A DNA stretch of 43,071 nt from an uncultured Ectothiorhodospiraceae bacterium (GTDB lineage Bacteria; Pseudomonadota; Gammaproteobacteria; JAABTG01), in the NCBI GenBank assembly GCA_964461215.1, contig CAYWTP010000002.1:1-43071 (forward strand), written 5' to 3'. A program made the position numbers and the translations under genes. Within the stretch, counting starts at the first letter, position 1. Each line of letters starts with the position of its first letter. Shown in pieces: positions 41,705 through 43,071 of this stretch. Under the pieces are notes generated by a model. The model saw only the letters and a program-made list of their open reading frames with translations, was not told where the DNA came from and ran no database searches.

Positions 41705-43071
41705 TTAATCCGCCGCGGCGACCTGCGCCGTGGTGTCCTGCGCCGCTCGTTCCGGCGGTGGTGTGGATGCCTGCGCGCCCGTTCCTGATCCCGTGGTGAT
41801 GGGCTCCATTCCTGACGGATTGGTGAATTGGTCGTTCAAGGTCTGGACATAGCGATCGGCGTCGGTGAGCACCCGGGTGATGCGTTTGCGCGCGATGCGG
41901 CCCCAGCCCACCGGAGCGGTGAAGAAGACCGAATGCAGCGGCCGGGTGTTCTTGCGGAAGGCATGCACCAAGGCCTCTCGGGTGTGATCGTGGTGGATGT
42001 CCTTGCCCAGCCGTCTGGCGATGCCGGTGGCGGCGATCCGGCGTACCGAGTAGTGCAGATAGCCGGCTCCTACCACCACGGCGGCCAGCAGCGCACCCAG
42101 GCCCAGGGTGCCCCAGGTGCCGATCTGCTGCAGCCACGGCGGGGCGAAGTGCAGGCCCTGCCAGTAGCCGGCGTGGATGCTCCACGCCAGCAGGGCCACC
42201 AGTATCAGGCCGAAGACGATGCCGTCACCCCACAGCACTCGGCGCTTCCAGCGTTCCTTGGCCGCCCGCAGGCGAGGAACCAGGTCATTCTCGATGTTCT
42301 TGGCGGTCTTCTCCAGCACCCCGATGATGCGATACGCGCGCTCCACCTCGACCTGCTGCATGCGGCCGTGGATCTCGGACAGATCGGCGTCACGCTTGGC
42401 CTCGAAGCGGGCGCGGCGGGTGGGATCCTCGATGGGGATCGCGGCCTCCGGACTGTAGATGCGGTAGAAGCGCCCGGCCGTGAGCCCCTTCTGCGCCAGT
42501 GCGCGCTGCCAGGCGGCAAACACCTCCTCGGGGTTGTCCTCCCGGGCGGTGGCGTCGATCTGATTCAGGATATACAGAAACTTGTTGGAATCCGGTCGCC
42601 GGATGGTGTCGGCCACCAGGTGCTGCAAGGTGTCGTGCATGGCTCCCGGCTCCGGGTGGCGCGCGTCGAAGAACACCAGCACCAAGTCCGACAAATCGAT
42701 GATATGGTCGGTGATCCGCAGCGTCGAGGTGCGCTGGGCATCGGCGTCGAAGCCCGGGGAGTCGATGATGATCTTGGCCTTGAGCTGGCTGCCGGGGCAG
42801 GTCTTGAGCTGCAGGTATGCGTCGACCCGGCGGCCTTCGCCGGATGCCACCGCTTCGATGTCGGCGCTGATCTGGTAGAAGGGAAACCGGGGATCGGCAT
42901 CCAGGGCCAGACCGGGCAGGGTCCGCGGCGTGGCGTCACTGCTGAAGCAGATCACCGTGAACTTGTCGTCCACCGCCTGGTTGCCAGTGGACTGCAAGGG
43001 CTGGCCCAGGTAATGGTTGATGAAGGTCGATTTGCCAGAGGAGAAGGTGCCAAGTACCGAGATCAGCGGCC
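41705..43071 (-). CDS. membrane-anchored dynamin-family GTPase (N-terminus lies beyond the window end)
   Basis: The reading frame stays open to the window edge. My own translation there is ..PLISVLGTFSSGKSTFINHYLGQPLQSTGNQ (P-loop GxxxxGKS). Also IIIDSPGF (G3) and LNQID (G4-like). A hydrophobic hairpin follows (GIVFGLILVALLAWSI ... TLGLGALLAAVVVGAGYL), then a low-complexity tail. Confidence 0.75.
   Translation of the reverse strand, partial: PLISVLGTFSSGKSTFINHYLGQPLQSTGNQAVDDKFTVICFSSDATPRTLPGLALDADPRFPFYQISADIEAVASGEGRRVDAYLQLKTCPGSQLKAKIIIDSPGFDADAQRTSTLRITDHIIDLSDLVLVFFDARHPEPGAMHDTLQHLVADTIRRPDSNKFLYILNQIDATAREDNPEEVFAAWQRALAQKGLTAGRFYRIYSPEAAIPIEDPTRRARFEAKRDADLSEIHGRMQQVEVERAYRIIGVLEKTAKNIENDLVPRLRAAKERWKRRVLWGDGIVFGLILVALLAWSIHAGYWQGLHFAPPWLQQIGTWGTLGLGALLAAVVVGAGYLHYSVRRIAATGIARRLGKDIHHDHTREALVHAFRKNTRPLHSVFFTAPVGWGRIARKRITRVLTDADRYVQTLNDQFTNPSGMEPITTGSGTGAQASTPPPERAAQDTTAQVAAAD

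Noticed and set aside
1-43071. Search for CRISPR arrays, transposases, integrases, phage genes, toxin-antitoxin pairs, and rRNA or tRNA genes
   Set aside because: I saw no regularly spaced direct repeats, no recognisable transposase, integrase or phage-protein translations in any frame, and no rRNA or tRNA signatures. The only repeat element is the inverted pair at 2492-2744.

Overview
The window is a visibly GC-rich stretch (eyeball estimate of mid-60s % GC, not computed) that looks like the chromosome of a gammaproteobacterium-like organism. That taxon guess is inference from gene content and codon style only. I call about 45 protein-coding genes. I found no rRNA, tRNA, CRISPR array, transposase or integrase.

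Gene order from left to right:
- rhlE-like DEAD-box helicase (5' part only)
- an unknown protein plus a single-Cys TusE/DsrC-family protein
- YaeQ
- a roughly 250-bp inverted-repeat element
- a PmbA/TldD protease pair
- methionine-salvage genes mtnB-mtnD-mtnC
- an MscS-like channel / stand-alone MgtE-N+CBS protein / MgtE operon
- UspA
- an FtrBCDA-type (cupredoxin / FTR1 permease / polyferredoxin / P19) iron-uptake cluster with a Fur-box-like promoter
- a small Cys-rich ORF and an OprB-like porin
- TauE, MarC and a transglutaminase-like lipoprotein
- a small secreted protein
- a REC-PilZ protein
- a NYN+LOTUS protein followed by an RRM RNA-binding protein
- SlyD, an MFS transporter and a DUF1704 (QEGLA / HExxH) protein
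- a TatT-associated TRAP transporter (T-P-Q-M)
- a second RRM paralogue
- a Kch-like 6TM voltage-sensor K+ channel with fused RCK, plus a separate soluble RCK protein
- a 487-bp (32684-33170) structured intergenic region
- five co-directional minus-strand genes: a Slam/DUF560-like outer-membrane protein, a non-lipidated FecR-domain protein with a TbpB/fHbp-type C-terminal barrel (a putative type XI secretion cargo), two tandem TPR+GT41 (OGT/SPINDLY-like) glycosyltransferases, and a small HExxH protein
- a membrane-anchored dynamin-like GTPase, truncated by the window end

The Slam-cargo-GT41-HExxH block (33171-41463) is my best candidate for an undescribed system.

All functional calls come from reading the supplied translations and my own translations, and matching motifs from memory. 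No database search was run.
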